A DNA stretch of 35,831 nucleotides from Candidatus Anoxychlamydiales bacterium. Lineage in GTDB: Bacteria; Chlamydiota; Chlamydiia; Chlamydiales; SM23-39. The stretch lies in assembly GCA_011064865.1 (NCBI GenBank), contig JAAKFX010000002.1, positions 1 to 35,831 on the forward strand, given 5' to 3'. Positions 33,688-35,831 of this stretch are shown here, piece by piece (the first letter of the stretch is position 1; every line of letters begins with the position of its first letter). The notes beneath the pieces were generated by a model. The model searched no databases. It was given only the letters and a program-made list of their open reading frames with translations, and was not told the origin of the DNA. The position numbers and the translations under genes were made by a program.

Positions 33688-35176
33688 ACGCTGGTTTTAT
33701 AGATAAGTTCTCAAAAAAGTATGTTAAAAGCCTTACGCCGACTCCAGTTGCGTGAGTCGGATGAAGACCTTTGGGTTTAGATAAAAAACAAGGGCCTCCA
33801 ATATCTATATGCGCCCAATCAACTTTCTCTACAAACTCTTCTAAAAATAGCGCTGCAGTAATAGCTCCAGCTTCTCTAGCATTTCCTATATTTTTAAGAT
33901 CAGCAATATCTGATTTTAACTGTTTTTTATAATCTTTATATAAAGGCAGTCTCCAAAGATGATCCCCTGTTTTATTAGAAGCAGCTATTAGATCTTTAGC
34001 TAATTTTTCATTGTTTGAAAAAAGGCCTGCAACATCTTCACCGAGAGCTACAACACAAGCTCCAGTTAAGCTTGCTATATCAATAATTCTATTAGGTTTT
34101 AATTTTTCTACAGCATAAGAGAGTGCATCTGCTAAAATAAGTCTGCCTTCAGCATCTGTATTTTTCACCTCTACACTTTTATTTCCCAGACCAACATATA
34201 CATCGCCTGGTTTATAGCTTTTAGAACCAATAGAATTTTCAGTAGCTGGCACTAAAGCTGTAACATTAACTTTTAGATTTAAATTTGCAATTGTGTACAT
34301 AGTGCCTAAAATAGCCGCGCCACCCGACATATCTGATTTCATAGTATCCATTCCAGTTGATGGTTTTAAGCTAAGTCCTCCGGAATCATAAGTTATACCT
34401 TTACCTATGATTACTGAATGATCTTCAGAATCTAGATCTCCATGATAGTGAACAATAATAAAGGCAGGATCTTTATCAGAGCCTTTGTTCACTGCTAGTA
34501 AAAGTCCCATTTTTTCTTGTTCTATTTTTTTCTTATCAAAAATGATAACTTTTACTTTTTTTGAAATCTTTTCAAAACTCTTAGCAATTTTTGCTAAGTT
34601 TTGAGGGGTTTCATCATCAGCGTTATTATTAACTAAGTCTCTCGTTAAATTAACGCCATCTGCGATAATTTTTCCCTTATGAACTAATGCAAGCTCTTTT
34701 TTCTCAACTCCAATTAAACATGCAGATTTTAGATAAGACGCAACTTCATTTTTAGTTGAGTGTTTAAACTTATCAAAACCGTAGTTTGTTAAAAATAGAG
34801 CCTCTGCAATTCCTTTAAGTAGATCTTCTTTAGAGATATTTAATTTTTCAGGAACTATGATATTTACGGTTTTAGCTTTTCTTTTTTTCAAAAAAGCTAC
34901 AACTTCTGAATAAATCAAACTTATATGAAATTCATCTATCTTATCGGGTTTTCCAAGTCCTAATAAGATGACTCTTTTCTCTTTTGCTCCATAAACAACA
35001 GATATTTGAGACTCTTTACCCTCAAAATCCTTACTTTGAATCGGACCTTTTATAATATTTGAAAATTTACCAATAGCGCAAAGCGGTTTTGGTTTTTTTT
35101 TCTCTTCTATAAAAGGTATGATTAAATAATCAGCAATTTTTCTTTGATTTTGATTTTGTGCAGCTGTAATTTTCAT
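33686..35176 (-). CDS. pepA: Leucyl aminopeptidase (M17)
   Basis: 496 aa with the M17 signature NTDAEGRLILAD, plus GKGITYDSGG and MKSDMSGGAA. Confidence 0.92.
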   Translation of the reverse strand: MKITAAQNQNQRKIADYLIIPFIEEKKKPKPLCAIGKFSNIIKGPIQSKDFEGKESQISVVYGAKEKRVILLGLGKPDKIDEFHISLIYSEVVAFLKKRKAKTVNIIVPEKLNISKEDLLKGIAEALFLTNYGFDKFKHSTKNEVASYLKSACLIGVEKKELALVHKGKIIADGVNLTRDLVNNNADDETPQNLAKIAKSFEKISKKVKVIIFDKKKIEQEKMGLLLAVNKGSDKDPAFIIVHYHGDLDSEDHSVIIGKGITYDSGGLSLKPSTGMDTMKSDMSGGAAILGTMYTIANLNLKVNVTALVPATENSIGSKSYKPGDVYVGLGNKSVEVKNTDAEGRLILADALSYAVEKLKPNRIIDIASLTGACVVALGEDVAGLFSNNEKLAKDLIAASNKTGDHLWRLPLYKDYKKQLKSDIADLKNIGNAREAGAITAALFLEEFVEKVDWAHIDIGGPCFLSKPKGLHPTHATGVGVRLLTYFFENLSIKPA

Positions 35177-35205
35177 AGTTGTCCTTATAATTTTTTTTAA
35201 ATTAA

Positions 35206-35676
35206 TTAAAATGGAATTTCATCATCTGAAAATTCTTCTTTTTTCTCGCCAGAACTTGGTTTCTCACCTGCATCATAACTTGCATACTCTTGTTGAGTAA
35301 CATTTGCGCTATTAGTGCTTTGAGGTTTTTCAATTGATGCAGCTGGGCTTTCAGATTTATCAGATCTTCCAAAAGGACTAAACATAATGTTAGAAGCTGT
35401 GATGTTCATAGATATTTGTGGTTTTCCATCGCGATCAGTAAATATTTCAGGTTTTGCTAAATCTCCAACAATAATTACAGCGCTACCTTTTTTCAAAAAT
35501 GAGACCATTTTATCAAAATGCTCTCCCCAAATAGTTACTCTATACCAAACAGTTTCATCTTTCCCACTTTTTCTAACATTTGTAGCAACTCTAAGAGTTG
35601 TAACTTTTTGTCCGTTTGAAGTAAACCTAACTTCTGGATCTACTCCTAAACGTCCTGCAATTGTAATAATATTCAT
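35206..35676 (-). CDS. ssb: Single-stranded DNA-binding protein
   Basis: 156 aa. It has an OB-fold N-terminus (NIITIAGRLGVDPEVRFTSNGQKVTTLRVA...WYRVTIWG) and the acidic C-terminal tip DDEIPF. Confidence 0.92.
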   Translation of the reverse strand: MNIITIAGRLGVDPEVRFTSNGQKVTTLRVATNVRKSGKDETVWYRVTIWGEHFDKMVSFLKKGSAVIIVGDLAKPEIFTDRDGKPQISMNITASNIMFSPFGRSDKSESPAASIEKPQSTNSANVTQQEYASYDAGEKPSSGEKKEEFSDDEIPF

Positions 35677-35719
35677 TAAATTTCTCCTTTCTTAATATAA
35701 ATTTATTTTACTTCATCAT

Positions 35720-35831
35720 TTAGAAGTTTTTCAAGAAAAAGCTTTTTACTTTATCCCAAAACAGAAAAAATATTCCTAAAATTATAAAAGGAATACTAAG
35801 ATATTGTCCCATTAAAAAAAAGGTATCAGTC
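35720..35831 (-). CDS. lgt: Prolipoprotein diacylglyceryl transferase, C-terminal end only (runs off the window end)
   Basis: Minus-strand translation gives ...TDTFFLMGQYLSIPFIILGIFFLFWDKVKSFFLKNF*. This resembles the conserved Lgt C-terminus (E. coli ...[22 protein letters not shown]). Only about 37 codons are visible. Confidence 0.5.
   Translation of the reverse strand, partial: TDTFFLMGQYLSIPFIILGIFFLFWDKVKSFFLKNF

Noticed and set aside
14110-35695. Other embedded track ORFs: 14110..14340 (-), 17420..17617 (-), 18744..18989 (+), 22872..23066 (+), 27583..27843 (-) and 35387..35695 (+).
   Set aside because: They are antisense shadows inside glgX, the cysteine desulfurase gene, the 418-aa ORF, dcd, the 1173-aa ORF and ssb respectively. 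None has independent support.
1-35831. A search for tRNA or rRNA genes, CRISPR arrays, transposases, IS ends, integrases, and toxin-antitoxin or defence-system genes.
   Set aside because: I saw no T-loop/acceptor-stem pattern (the only GGTTCGAA-like strings lie inside dnaA and ffs). There are no regularly spaced direct repeats and no recognisable transposase, integrase or defence-protein motifs in any frame. The only repeats are the paralog flanks and the 48-bp and 15-bp intragenic duplications.

Overview
The window is strongly AT-rich and gene-dense. It reads like the chromosome of an obligate intracellular bacterium, most likely a low-GC member of the Chlamydiota. That assignment is an inference from three things: a chaperone that matches, from memory, the chlamydial Slc1/CT043 CesT-family type III chaperone; several small proteins with Inc-like bilobed hydrophobic domains; and the SpoIID, PP2C, GlgX and tandem TlyC/CNNM gene content.

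Recognisable housekeeping genes are mgtE (partial), menA, brnQ, yidC, dnaA, glgX, a lipoprotein-CPBP-PP2C-cysteine desulfurase operon, two CNNM/TlyC genes, an ftsB-like gene, dcd, ruvB, spoIID, ffs (SRP RNA, not in the ORF track), mazG, a GT9 glycosyltransferase, an RluA-family synthase, pepA, ssb and the 3' end of lgt.

Lineage-specific candidate secreted or membrane proteins are interleaved with these:
- Three tandem mosaic Inc-like paralogs (3968-6093).
- A 418-aa protein with OTU-like and His-Gly/Ala-Cys protease signatures.
- A 1173-aa coiled-coil membrane protein with an MGxxxS N-terminus and a perfect 48-bp in-frame duplication.
- A cluster of small bilobed-hydrophobic ORFs (31.4-32.8 kb).

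Other points of interest:
- A bacterial histone-fold (DUF1931/HBb-like) gene.
- A terminator/antiterminator leader in front of brnQ.
- An in-frame TAA that cuts a CNNM gene off from its CorC_HlyC domain.
- A convergent ffs/mazG overlap.
- Two likely frameshifted small genes.

I found no tRNA, rRNA, CRISPR array, transposase or IS element. All homology statements come from motif recognition and memory, not from database searches.
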